This document shows, piece after piece, positions 50,593 through 59,670 of a DNA stretch of 59,670 nt. The stretch comes from Thermodesulfobacteriota bacterium. Its GTDB lineage: Bacteria > Desulfobacterota_D > UBA1144 > Nemesobacterales > Nemesobacteraceae. The position numbers and the translations under genes were made by a program. The notes under the pieces were generated by a model that had not been told where the DNA came from, did no database searches, and worked only from the letters and a program-made list of their open reading frames with translations. The stretch is taken from assembly GCA_047518015.1 (NCBI GenBank), contig JAKZRS010000048.1:1-59670 (forward strand), written 5' to 3'. The stretch's first letter is position 1; each line of letters begins with the position of its first letter.

Positions 50593-51257
50593 AAATGACT
50601 AGCGAACAACTCCTTGAGGAAGGAGCGAGACGAATAGGTCTCGATAACCTCAGGATCGACCTTTTCCTCTCTTACATTGATCTGCTGCGCAAGTGGGGCG
50701 AACGCATAAACCTAAGTTCGGTTCTCACTGACCGGGAAATTATAATCAAGCATCTGATTGATTCCCTTACCGTGGCTGAATTCATGCCTTCGGGTTCAAG
50801 GGTGATTGACATAGGAACAGGCGCCGGGTTTCCCGGGATTCCGCTTTCTATTTACGACTCCTCCCTTCGCGTTACGCTTGTTGAGTCTGTGGGGAAGAAA
50901 GTCGCTTTTCTAAAAGATGCAAAAAGATCTCTCGGACTCTCAGGTATCGATATTCACCATGCCAGGGCCGAGGAGTTAACCGACAGCATGAGGGGGTGTT
51001 TTGACCGGGTGACATTCCGGGCGGTTGGAGGCATGGATACTGTAGTTGCTCTTGGTACTCCCTATCTAGATATCGGAGGGGAGATGGTTATAATGAAGGG
51101 GCCCCGGGGAAAAAAGGAGTGGGAAGATTACGTGAACCGGCATCCGGAGGATATGGAGCTTCTTCTGACAAAAGAGTTCAAACTGCCTTTTTCGGGTGAA
51201 AACAGGGTAATTATTGTAACAAAATCGCTATACCCGCGGATGGAGATGAAAGTTTGA
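50589..51257 (+). CDS. rsmG: 16S rRNA m7G527 methyltransferase
   Basis: W..RINL, HLIDSL, DIGTGAGFPGIPL, ES..KK, RAE, RA, MKG. Confidence 0.94.
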   Translation: MKMTSEQLLEEGARRIGLDNLRIDLFLSYIDLLRKWGERINLSSVLTDREIIIKHLIDSLTVAEFMPSGSRVIDIGTGAGFPGIPLSIYDSSLRVTLVESVGKKVAFLKDAKRSLGLSGIDIHHARAEELTDSMRGCFDRVTFRAVGGMDTVVALGTPYLDIGGEMVIMKGPRGKKEWEDYVNRHPEDMELLLTKEFKLPFSGENRVIIVTKSLYPRMEMKV

Positions 51258-52108
51258 GGACCATAGGAGTAATAGGCGGGAGCGGTCTTTACGAAATGGA
51301 GGGGCTTTTGGATGTTAAAAGCGTTTCCATGAAAACTCCGTGGGGCAGCCCTTCCTCAAGTCTCGTCACTGGAACTCTCGGCGGCATGCGTATGGTTTTT
51401 CTTCCAAGGCACGGGACGGGACACACTATATCCCCATCGGAGATAAATTTCCGGGCGAACATATATGCGATGAAAGCTATGGGAGTCGAGTGGATTATAT
51501 CCGTAAGCGCAGTGGGAAGCTTGAAAGAGGAAATAGAACCCGGACACATAGTAATACCGGATCAGTTCATTGATAACACAAAGGGACGGCCTTCTACCTT
51601 CTTTGAGGGTGGCATGGTAGCGCACGTTTCAATGGCCGATCCAGTGTGTTCCGTACTCTCGGATTGTCTTGGAGAGGCATCGCTTGGCTGTGGCGGTACG
51701 GTTCACTCGGGAGAAACCTATGTCTGTATTGAGGGTCCCCAGTTCTCTACCAAAGCGGAGAGCCATCTTTACAGAAAATGGGGAGCAGGCGTTATAGGAA
51801 TGACTGCGATGCCGGAAGCGAAACTCGCGAGGGAAGCTGAGATTTGCTATTCCGTGATAGCTCTTTGCACCGATTATGACTGCTGGAACGAAGATCACGA
51901 CGATGTTAAAGTCTCAGATATAATCGAAATCATGAATAAAAACGTCGATGCGGCGAAAAAGATATTGGCTGCTGTGATTGATACTATCCCGGGGAAAAGA
52001 GCATGTCCCTGTGCCGACGCCCTTGGTTACTCCATGATAACGTCCCCGGAGCGCGTAGCCGAAGACACTAAGAACAGGCTTGAGCTTATTATAAAAAAAT
52101 ACATGTAG
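51254..52108 (+). CDS. mtnP: S-methyl-5'-thioadenosine phosphorylase
   Basis: IGGSGLY, LPRHG..H, SAVGSL, EGPQFSTKAES, GMT..PE, TDYDCW; TTG start overlapping the rsmG stop. Confidence 0.92.
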   Translation: MRTIGVIGGSGLYEMEGLLDVKSVSMKTPWGSPSSSLVTGTLGGMRMVFLPRHGTGHTISPSEINFRANIYAMKAMGVEWIISVSAVGSLKEEIEPGHIVIPDQFIDNTKGRPSTFFEGGMVAHVSMADPVCSVLSDCLGEASLGCGGTVHSGETYVCIEGPQFSTKAESHLYRKWGAGVIGMTAMPEAKLAREAEICYSVIALCTDYDCWNEDHDDVKVSDIIEIMNKNVDAAKKILAAVIDTIPGKRACPCADALGYSMITSPERVAEDTKNRLELIIKKYM

Positions 52109-52117
52109 AGGTTTTAG

Positions 52118-53020
52118 ATGAGCATTATTGTCGTGGGTTCAGTAGGTATTGACACAATAGAAACACCTTTCGGAAGAGAAGAGGATGTCCTTGGGGGATC
52201 CGCCTGTTATTTCTCTCTTGCGGCCCGTAATTTTACAGATGTCCATATGGTTTCAGCTGTAGGAGAAGATTTTCCTCCAGGCTATTCCGAACTGCTTCGC
52301 TCAAAGGGCGTTGATACTGAAGGAATAGCGGTCGGTGCCGGAGAAACCTTCAGATGGGAAGGCAGATATGACTATGACATGAAGGATCCCGAAACCGTTT
52401 CCGTAACCCTTGGCGTTTTGGGATCGTTTGATCCTGTGGTTCCTGAAAAATCGAGAGATGCCGACTATCTTTTCCTGGCCAACACCGACCCCGAGATACA
52501 GATGAAAGTTCTTGAGCAGGTAAGTTCGCCTCGCGTCATTGCCTGCGATACCATGAATTTCTGGATAGAGAACAAACTGGAGGAGCTTAAACAACTTCTC
52601 CGCAGAGTGAACATTCTCATAATAAACGATTCTGAAGCGAGGCAGCTATCCGAAGAACCCTTGATAGCCAGAGCGGCGAAGAAGATAATGAACATGGGTC
52701 CGGAATTTCTGATCGTGAAAAGAGGGGAGTACGGAGCTTTGCTTTTTTCTCAGGAAGACTTGTTTTTTGCCCCCAGTTACATACTCGAAAAAGTGCTTGA
52801 CCCGACAGGAGCGGGAGACACTTTTGCCGGGGGATTCATGGGTTATGTGGCGTCTCAGGATAAAGACCTTGATTTTGCCGGTTTTAAAAAAGGGGTTGCC
52901 TACGGAAGCGTTATGGCTTCTTTTACCGTTGAGGATTTCAGCGTAAGACGTCTCGGCTCGCTTCAAAAGCAGGAAATAGAGGAGAGATACGGACAGTTTC
53001 TGAAGCTCTCTATGATGTAG
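52118..53020 (+). CDS. PfkB/ribokinase family kinase
   Basis: VVGSVGIDTIETPFG, LGGSA, KRGEYG, DPTGAGDTFAGG. Confidence 0.92.
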   Translation: MSIIVVGSVGIDTIETPFGREEDVLGGSACYFSLAARNFTDVHMVSAVGEDFPPGYSELLRSKGVDTEGIAVGAGETFRWEGRYDYDMKDPETVSVTLGVLGSFDPVVPEKSRDADYLFLANTDPEIQMKVLEQVSSPRVIACDTMNFWIENKLEELKQLLRRVNILIINDSEARQLSEEPLIARAAKKIMNMGPEFLIVKRGEYGALLFSQEDLFFAPSYILEKVLDPTGAGDTFAGGFMGYVASQDKDLDFAGFKKGVAYGSVMASFTVEDFSVRRLGSLQKQEIEERYGQFLKLSMM

Positions 53021-53029
53021 AAGAGGGAA

Positions 53030-53293
53030 TCAGCTAAGGGATTTTACGTATCTCATGCGGATGTTGTAAATCATGTCGTCGAGAAGTTGCTTTTCCTCTT
53101 CTGTAAGATTTCCCTCGGTTTTTTCCGCTAGTATCTCGAGTATGGTTATGGTGTGCTTGGCGGCGGGAATGTTAACTTCTCTTTTTTTCGAGTGCGGATC
53201 GGGAATTTCTCCCAGGTGGATAAGAGCCGAGGCATTTAACGAAAGAATAAACCCCGAAAAATCCATTTTCAATTCATCTCTTTCGCCACTCAC
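53030..53293 (-). CDS. DUF1844-like small helical protein
   Basis: FSGFILSL..SAL..LGEIPDP, AKHTI..L..L.EKTEGNLT.EE, R..YV pattern; GTG start with AGGAG. Confidence 0.8.
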   Translation of the reverse strand: MSGERDELKMDFSGFILSLNASALIHLGEIPDPHSKKREVNIPAAKHTITILEILAEKTEGNLTEEEKQLLDDMIYNIRMRYVKSLS

Positions 53294-53341
53294 TGCAAAG
53301 CACTCTCCTTAATAGGTATGTCCTTAACTCCACCAGATCAA

Positions 53342-54295
53342 TTATAGATACTGGCGGAATTTTTTTCTAGGGTCGTAGGGATATTTCTCTTTCATCTCGC
53401 TCATGAGATCTTCCATGTATTTACCAGATTCTTGCGGCATTGCTATCTGAACAACTACGAACTGATCCCCTCTCTTGCCGGTCTTGGGATTTTTCACTCC
53501 CTTTTCTCTAAGTCTCATTTTTGTGCCGCTTCCGACCCCGGGAGGGATCGTGAGTTTTACCGGGCTCTCTATGGTTGGCACGTCAATCAGCGTTCCCAGA
53601 GCGGCTTCATAAACCGTTAACGGAAGGTCAATATATATATCGTCATTCTCCCTTCTGAAGATCGGGTGGGATAAAACCTTTATTTCAAGTATGAGATCCC
53701 CGGCCATGGAATTCAGCTGTTCGCCTTTACCCGGCAGCCTCACCTTAGACCCGGTTTTCACTCCTGCCGGAATCTTGACCGTTATTTTTTTCGTCCCGCC
53801 CTCGGGGGATTTCATCAGAAGTTCTTTTTCTCCGCCTTTTACGGCGGTCTCGAAATCAAGCGTTACGGTATGCTGGATGTTCTTCGGTTTTCTAGGCTGC
53901 TGTCGCGTGGCGCCGAAATCGAAAATATCCCCGACATTCCCTCCGGCTCCACCCCTACCGTAAGATGCTCCTCCCTGGGAGAAGATATCTTTGAAAATCT
54001 CGTCTATGCCCGGAAAACCCCGCGAATACTGCCTATAACTTCCACCTCCGCCCCCCGGCCTCTGTCCACCGAAACCGCTTGTTCCGAACATGTCGTAGGT
54101 TTTTTTCTTCTCGGGGTCAGAAAGGGTTTCGTAAGCGTGCTGGATTTCTTTGAATTTTTCCTCGGATCTTTTATCCCCCTGGTTCATGTCGGGGTGATGT
54201 TTCCTGGCGAGGTCTCTGTACGCCTTTTTTATCTGATCCTGTGTTGCGTTTCGCGGTACGCCGAGCACCGCGTAAGGGTTCTTTCCTGTATTCAT
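53342..54295 (-). CDS. Class B J-domain protein (DnaJ/CbpA-like, no zinc finger)
   Basis: YAVLGV, HPD, G-rich linker, KIPAGV, EAALG; no CxxCxGxG. Confidence 0.9.
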   Translation of the reverse strand: MNTGKNPYAVLGVPRNATQDQIKKAYRDLARKHHPDMNQGDKRSEEKFKEIQHAYETLSDPEKKKTYDMFGTSGFGGQRPGGGGGSYRQYSRGFPGIDEIFKDIFSQGGASYGRGGAGGNVGDIFDFGATRQQPRKPKNIQHTVTLDFETAVKGGEKELLMKSPEGGTKKITVKIPAGVKTGSKVRLPGKGEQLNSMAGDLILEIKVLSHPIFRRENDDIYIDLPLTVYEAALGTLIDVPTIESPVKLTIPPGVGSGTKMRLREKGVKNPKTGKRGDQFVVVQIAMPQESGKYMEDLMSEMKEKYPYDPRKKFRQYL

Positions 54296-54485
54296 GAAAA
54301 TAAAAACCTCGATCTTTCCATGCTCTTTTGTAATTCTACTTGAGATTCAAGAAAATTGGTCAGGATCATATTACTTTGATGATCTTCGCAGGCTCGATTA
54401 AAAGGCCGTTTGGATTTTTGGGAGGTTGAATCAGGTAATTGATTTGAAATTGCAGAGAAGCCGACAGTGTGGTTATCTCTGTTGG

Positions 54486-55532
54486 TCAGTCTTCTATGGA
54501 TTCAAGTATTCTGTCCGCGATTTCAAAAAAAGCCTTTCCCGCGACGCTTTGCGGATCAGATTCCACAATAGGGGTTCCGTTATCCCCGCCAATTCTTATT
54601 CGGGGATCAATCGGGATCTCTCCCAGGAATGGAACCTCGAACCTCTCCGCCATCCGTCTTCCTCCGCCCCTGCCGAATATGTCGATCTTTGCGTCTACAC
54701 CTGGTATATCGAGATAACTCATATTCTCCACTATGCCAAGAATGGGAATATTGAGTTTGTTAAACATCAGTATCCCCCTCCTCACGTCCACGAGGGCTAC
54801 GTCCTGCGGAGTGGTTACTATGACCCCTCCGCTTATTGGAGCCGTCTGTGCCATAGAAAGCTGGGCGTCCCCTGTGCCTGGAGGAAGGTCAATTATCAGG
54901 TAGTCGGTTCCGCTCCACTCAACATCTTCAATAAACTGCTTTATCGCTCCATGCACCATGGGTCCTCTCCATATAACGGCATCTTCCTCGTTCACGAGAA
55001 AACCGATGGACATTACCTTGATGCCGAATTTTTCTATGGGAATGATCTTGTCGTCGGTAGTCGCCCGGGGCTTTTCACTTATCCCCATCATTAAAGGAGC
55101 GCTCGGTCCCCAGATATCGGCATCCATAAGCCCGACTTTCTTTCTTTTCTTGGAAATCGCCAGGGAAAGATTGGTCGCTACTGTTGATTTGCCGACTCCT
55201 CCCTTGCCGCTTGCTACGGCTATGTAGTACTTTATGTCGGGAAGTTTGCTTTTTTCACCCCCCGAGTCGGTAGTTATCTGCTTCTGCGGCCGCGCGCCGA
55301 TCTTAATCGAAAGATCTTCGACCCCGGATATGCCGAAGATGGCTTTTCGGACTTCTTCTTCAATTGCGGACTGAAGCTTCTGGTCTGGCTTGGGAAGCAC
55401 TATGGAGAGGGTGACCTTAGAGTCTTCTACGAGAATATCTTTTACGAGACCGAAGGATACTATGTCCCGGTTAAAACCAGGATAGTTCACTCCCTTAAGA
55501 ATTTTTATTATCTGTTCTCTGGTTATTTCCAC
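54486..55532 (-). CDS. apbC: Mrp/ApbC (NBP35) Fe-S cluster carrier ATPase
   Basis: N-terminal DIVSFGLV domain, SGKGGVGKST, WRGPM, DLPPGTGD, VTTPQ, ENMS; GTG start. Confidence 0.92.
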   Translation of the reverse strand: MEITREQIIKILKGVNYPGFNRDIVSFGLVKDILVEDSKVTLSIVLPKPDQKLQSAIEEEVRKAIFGISGVEDLSIKIGARPQKQITTDSGGEKSKLPDIKYYIAVASGKGGVGKSTVATNLSLAISKKRKKVGLMDADIWGPSAPLMMGISEKPRATTDDKIIPIEKFGIKVMSIGFLVNEEDAVIWRGPMVHGAIKQFIEDVEWSGTDYLIIDLPPGTGDAQLSMAQTAPISGGVIVTTPQDVALVDVRRGILMFNKLNIPILGIVENMSYLDIPGVDAKIDIFGRGGGRRMAERFEVPFLGEIPIDPRIRIGGDNGTPIVESDPQSVAGKAFFEIADRILESIED

Positions 55533-55545
55533 AAAAAGAGTCTCC

Positions 55546-55950
55546 CTACGTGATACCCAGCTTCTTTTTTCCTTCTTCGGATATCATGTCGGGGTTCCAG
55601 GGAGGGTCCCAGATCACTTCTATGAGCACATTACCAGCCCCTGCGTTCTTAAGAGCCATTTCCGCCTGACCGGCTATCTGAGCGCCCATGCCGCACCCGG
55701 GAGTGGTAAGCGTCATCTTGATTTGAACGTTTCGCCCGGAGATTTGGGTGTCGTAGATAAGTCCCAGATCCACTATGCTTACGGGAAGCTCAGGGTCATG
55801 AACTTCCCTTAGGGCAGCATAGATAACTTCTTCGGTTATTTCCGGGCTGTCTTCGGTTTTTTTCTTCTTTTCAAACTTGGTAAAAGATACGGCGCTTTTA
55901 TCCTTTGCGGAATCGCCCCTGTCTATCTGAATTATTTTCTTCATTCCCAT
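55546..55950 (-). CDS. DUF59/SufT-like Fe-S assembly factor
   Basis: DPELPVSIVDLGLIY, MTLTTPGC, WDPPWNPD; AGGAGG SD. Confidence 0.9.
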   Translation of the reverse strand: MGMKKIIQIDRGDSAKDKSAVSFTKFEKKKKTEDSPEITEEVIYAALREVHDPELPVSIVDLGLIYDTQISGRNVQIKMTLTTPGCGMGAQIAGQAEMALKNAGAGNVLIEVIWDPPWNPDMISEEGKKKLGIT

Positions 55951-56137
55951 GATTTTTTGCCTCCTGATTTCCCCTTTATATTGCCTAACTATAAAAAGCT
56001 TGTTTAAATTGATATTTCCCTATCCAATAAAGATTATTTCTTGTCCTTTGCCGCACTCTTCAAAAGAAGTAAACATCTCTTAGGATATTAGTCGAGTGAA
56101 TAAATACTTCGGAAGATATATTCGGCCTTACCTTTTC

Positions 56138-56166
56138 TTGACACTATAATAACTATTCAATAGCAT
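56138..56166 (+). promoter_or_regulatory. Sigma70 promoter of ispG-proS, short leader
   Basis: TTGACA-N17-TAGCAT, 12 nt before the ATG; no SD. Confidence 0.6.
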
Positions 56167-56178
56167 TTTCCGCAAGTC

Positions 56179-57237
56179 ATGAGACAATCCCGGCAGATAT
56201 TAATCGGCGACGTGGCAATAGGCGGGGGAGCTCCCATATCGGTTCAGTCAATGACCATTACCGATACCAGAGATGTCGCGTCAACCGTCTTCCAGATAAA
56301 AAGACTTGAAGAAGCTGGCTGTGATATCGTCAGAGTCGCCGTTCCGGACATGGATGCCGCAAGAGCTCTGGGGCCTATACGGAATGAAATAAAAATCCCC
56401 CTTGTCTCGGATATACACTTTGATTACAGACTGGCACTTGAGTCAATAAAACAGGGAGTTGACGGGATGAGAATAAATCCCGGAAACATCGGCGCCAGGT
56501 ACAGAATAAAGGCTGTGGTTGACGCCTGCAGGGAAAGAAAAATTCCCATAAGAATAGGCGTAAATTCGGGCTCTCTTGAAAAAGACATACTCAAAAAGTA
56601 CAAGCACCCCACCGCGGAAGCCTTGGTTGAAAGCGCGATGAGGCATGCGCGCATACTCGAGGACCTTGATTTTTACGACATAAAGATTTCAGTCAAGTCC
56701 ACCGACGTTAGAAAAATGATCACCGCGTACAGAATGCTCGCGGAGAAAACCGAATACCCTCTCCATCTCGGAGTTACCGAGGCGGGAACCCCGGGAATGG
56801 GAACGGTGAAATCTTCAATAGGAATCGGGGCGCTTCTGGCCGAAGGGATAGGAGATACGATAAGGGTCTCTTTAACTGGCGATCCGGTGGAGGAGATCGT
56901 TGTCGGAATGAACATACTGAGGTCTCTGGGAATAAGGAACAACGGAATCGAACTTATCTCGTGTCCCGGGTGCGGACGGCTTGAAATAGATCTTGAAAAA
57001 CTCGTTTCGGAAGTCGAGCAGGGTGTTTCCGGTTTTAACCTTCCAAGACCGGTTAAAGTTGCCATCTTAGGCTGCGTTGTTAACGGACCGGGCGAAGCCG
57101 CAGAAGCCGATATAGGAATAGCCGGGGGAAAGGGGAAGGGAATGCTTTATCGGGATGGGAAACTGATCAAATCTTTCAGAGAAGCCGATTTGGTCGGGGA
57201 ACTTGTTAAGGAAATAGAAAGAAATTACGTCAACTGA
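56179..57237 (+). CDS. ispG: HMBPP synthase (GcpE)
   Basis: VQSMT, DIHF, RINPGN, RIGVNSGSL, LHLGVTEAG, CPGCGR, GCVVNGPGE. Confidence 0.97.
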   Translation: MRQSRQILIGDVAIGGGAPISVQSMTITDTRDVASTVFQIKRLEEAGCDIVRVAVPDMDAARALGPIRNEIKIPLVSDIHFDYRLALESIKQGVDGMRINPGNIGARYRIKAVVDACRERKIPIRIGVNSGSLEKDILKKYKHPTAEALVESAMRHARILEDLDFYDIKISVKSTDVRKMITAYRMLAEKTEYPLHLGVTEAGTPGMGTVKSSIGIGALLAEGIGDTIRVSLTGDPVEEIVVGMNILRSLGIRNNGIELISCPGCGRLEIDLEKLVSEVEQGVSGFNLPRPVKVAILGCVVNGPGEAAEADIGIAGGKGKGMLYRDGKLIKSFREADLVGELVKEIERNYVN

Positions 57238-57300
57238 ACCCAAAACCCCGCGAAATTGTTTTCCGGCTGAGTTTCAAATTGCTTTAAAGGAGAAAAACGG

Positions 57301-59034
57301 ATGAGGTTTTCTTCCTATTTTATACCCACAGTCAAGGAAGACCCTTCGGATGCCGAGATCATAAGCCACAAGCTTATGGTAAGAGCCGGCATGATAAGAA
57401 AGCTTGCGGCCGGGATCTACAACTACCTTCCTCTGGGACTCAAATCCATAAGGAAAGTTGAGAACATAGTACGGGAGGAAATGAACAGGGCCGGGGCCAT
57501 CGAGCTTCTCATGCCCGCGGTGCTTCCTGCTGAACCCTGGATTGAAAGCGCCCGATGGGATTACTATGGAAAGGAACTGCTTCGATTCAAGGATCGCGCC
57601 GGGCGGGATTTCTGCCTGGGGCCCACCCATGAAGAAATAATAACGGACATAGTACGAAAGGAGATCCGTTCCTACAGGCAGCTTCCGGTTAATTTTTACC
57701 AGATACAAACCAAGTTCAGGGATGAAATCCGCCCACGGTTCGGAGTTATGAGAGCGCGCGAATTCATAATGAAAGACGCCTACAGCTTTGACGTTTCAGA
57801 TGAGCAAGCGGATCGCTCCTACCAGGCGATGTATGACGCTTATGTGCGCATATTCGAGAGGTGCGGACTTCAGTTCAGTGTGGTTGCCGCTGATTCCGGA
57901 AACATCGGCGGAAGTTTCTCTCATGAGTTCATGGTGACGGCCGACACCGGGGAAGATGTAATAATGAGTTCCACCGAAGCTGATTACGCCGCCAACCTCG
58001 AACTTGCGAAAATCGGCACTTCAGAGGACGAAAGGGAAGGGATGAGAACAACCTCCGGGCTTGATGAGATTTCCGAGGTTCATACCCCGGACCTTAAGAC
58101 GGTTGAGGACGTGGCGCAGCTTTTAAGAGTCGGTGCGGAGAAACTTATAAAGACCCTTATAGTGCGTACTGAAACGGAACCGGTTGTAGCGCTTGTAAGA
58201 GGAGACACAGAACTGAGCCTGCCCAAGCTTAAGAATTTCCTCGGATGTGATGTCGCGGAACTTGCCGACCCACAGACCATTTTAGAGGTTTCAGGCGGAC
58301 CTCTTGGGTTCAGCGGCCCGGTTGGACTTAAAAGAAAGAACGTAAGGGTGGTTGCGGACAAGTCAGTTCGCAACATGAAAAACGTTGTGACGGGGGCCAA
58401 CAAGGGCGACTATCACATAACCGGCGTTAACCCCGGGCGCGATTTTGAAGCGGATTCCTACGCGGATATAAGAGTGGCGAGGGAAGGAGACCCTTGCCCT
58501 GTTTCCAAAAATGGCGTTCTAAAGGCGTCAAGGGGCATTGAAGTCGGACATGTTTTTAAACTGGGCACCAAATACAGCGAAGCCTTGGGAGCTACCTACG
58601 TAGATGAAAGGGGAGCGGAAAACCCCCTTGTCATGGGTTGTTACGGAATAGGAATAGGAAGAACGGTAGCAGCGGCGATAGAGCAGAACAACGATGAGTA
58701 CGGAATAAAATTCCCCGTTCCTCTGGCTCCGTTTGAAGTTTCCGTGCTCCCGATAAACATGAAGCAGCAGGACGTAAAGGACGCTGCGGAGGAAATATAC
58801 TCAAAACTTCTCCGCGGCGGGGTGGATGTTCTGATTGATGACAGGGCGGAGACTGCCGGAGTGAAATTTAAGGATTCGGATCTGCTCGGAATCCCCATTC
58901 AGGTTACGATCGGGCGAAGAAATCTCAAAGAAGGCAAAGTAGAGATAAAAAACAGGAACTCCGGCGAGAGAACAAGCGTGGCTGTGGAAGAAGCTCCGGG
59001 GGAAATTGCGGCTCTTTTGGCTGAAGAAAGATAA
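57301..59034 (+). CDS. proS: Proline--tRNA ligase with INS editing domain
   Basis: LGPTHEE, KFRDEIRPRFG, REFIMKDAYSF, IEVGHVFKLG, MGCYGIG. Confidence 0.97.
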   Translation: MRFSSYFIPTVKEDPSDAEIISHKLMVRAGMIRKLAAGIYNYLPLGLKSIRKVENIVREEMNRAGAIELLMPAVLPAEPWIESARWDYYGKELLRFKDRAGRDFCLGPTHEEIITDIVRKEIRSYRQLPVNFYQIQTKFRDEIRPRFGVMRAREFIMKDAYSFDVSDEQADRSYQAMYDAYVRIFERCGLQFSVVAADSGNIGGSFSHEFMVTADTGEDVIMSSTEADYAANLELAKIGTSEDEREGMRTTSGLDEISEVHTPDLKTVEDVAQLLRVGAEKLIKTLIVRTETEPVVALVRGDTELSLPKLKNFLGCDVAELADPQTILEVSGGPLGFSGPVGLKRKNVRVVADKSVRNMKNVVTGANKGDYHITGVNPGRDFEADSYADIRVAREGDPCPVSKNGVLKASRGIEVGHVFKLGTKYSEALGATYVDERGAENPLVMGCYGIGIGRTVAAAIEQNNDEYGIKFPVPLAPFEVSVLPINMKQQDVKDAAEEIYSKLLRGGVDVLIDDRAETAGVKFKDSDLLGIPIQVTIGRRNLKEGKVEIKNRNSGERTSVAVEEAPGEIAALLAEER

Positions 59035-59199
59035 GAAACCGGCAACAGAATTTTTGTAACCAGTCAGTCGCGTCCGCTATCCGTGAATTTTTTTATGCAG
59101 TCCTTTTCGGTGCTAAAGTTCAATTGAGTTAAGGAGGAAAGACAAAGTATTTGTTCTGCGTTTCGCAGGTAGACGGTGAATAGATAAAGAGAGTGGACG

Positions 59200-59490
59200 A
59201 TGATTCACAAGCTTTGTGAAGCAAGCAATCTGATTGCGGTTCTGACCGTAGTTTTCGTGCTTCTGATTCTGACGACGGAACACACAATGGCTCGGGACGA
59301 AGTTGGGAAAGAAGAAGCCCTTGTGGGTGGTCGTCCGTATTCGGAAGTCATGTCGGATAAGCTTCACCCCATAGTGGTGATCACCCGGCGTGACATCGAA
59401 CTTTCCGGTATAGCCAAGCTAAGCGACCTGCTTTCGCAAAGGTCGAATTTCAATGATTTCGGTTCACATAGGCCTTTTATCCTAGGCTGA
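59200..59490 (+). pseudogene. Truncated TonB-dependent receptor (signal peptide plus start of plug domain)
   Basis: Hydrophobic N-terminus then PIVVITRRDIELSG...LSDLL plug-like motif; stops at 96 aa, no barrel. Confidence 0.55.
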
Positions 59491-59670
59491 ACTTCACTAC
59501 GTAAGAAGGCGGAAATTCTTCCGCAACTCTCTGCAACAGCAAGATTTTCTGGAAATAAAGAACTGTCATTCTCTGTGTATCTGTTTCCATGTATATAGTG
59601 CTCTAGAAGACTTTCGATAAATCCATTTAATACCATTGACTCCTTCATATATTCCATCTAAGATATAATT

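Noticed and set aside
667-58898. Many 60-290 aa ORFs antisense to or out of frame with recognised genes (e.g. 4827-5585, 17987-18721, 20521-21270, 35727-36596, 54426-55094)
   Set aside because: They overlap well-supported conserved genes and show no recognisable motifs; they are expected shadow ORFs.
59035-59199. Cobalamin riboswitch before the TonB receptor fragment
   Set aside because: Only short hairpins; conserved B12-element motifs not seen.
1-59670. CRISPR array, transposase, integrase, prophage or defence system
   Set aside because: No regularly spaced repeats and no ORF with such motifs; nearly all coding space is explained by housekeeping genes.

Overview
Bacterial core-chromosome window, moderate GC (mid-40s % by eye). 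No CRISPR array, integrase, transposase or prophage is recognisable. Gene order: end of tuf, tRNA-Trp, secE-nusG-rplKAJL-rpoBC-valS; a minus-strand mixed operon (M20 peptidase, small CbiX/SirB chelatase, HAD, acyl-CoA ligase, purL, purF); pepA, ilvE, lpdA-lipB; hrcA-grpE-dnaJ without dnaK; a ThrC-like PLP enzyme plus Gly-Gly sulfur carrier divergent from a glyoxalase II-like gene and metH; IHF/HU-def-aminotransferase-tpiA-secG-ferredoxin; nth; two tandem paralogous alpha/beta hydrolases; pckA; a doubly frameshifted MFS paralog and its intact twin flanking tRNA-Glu/tRNA-Lys; trmI-rsmG-mtnP-pfkB; DUF1844, a class B J-protein, apbC, sufT-like; ispG-proS; and a truncated TonB-dependent receptor at the right edge. 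The proteins look deltaproteobacteria-like, possibly Ca. Dadabacteria (unverified inference). Best leads: (1) a probable sulfur-carrier-dependent homocysteine/methionine module that would be annotated as threonine synthase, (2) the paired alpha/beta hydrolases with an unusual shared lid, (3) the MFS duplication and a ~110-nt hairpin abutting the tRNA-Glu CCA end, (4) a diverged HrcA with no CIRCE, and several near-leaderless sigma70 promoters. All family assignments come from motif recognition by eye, not database searches.
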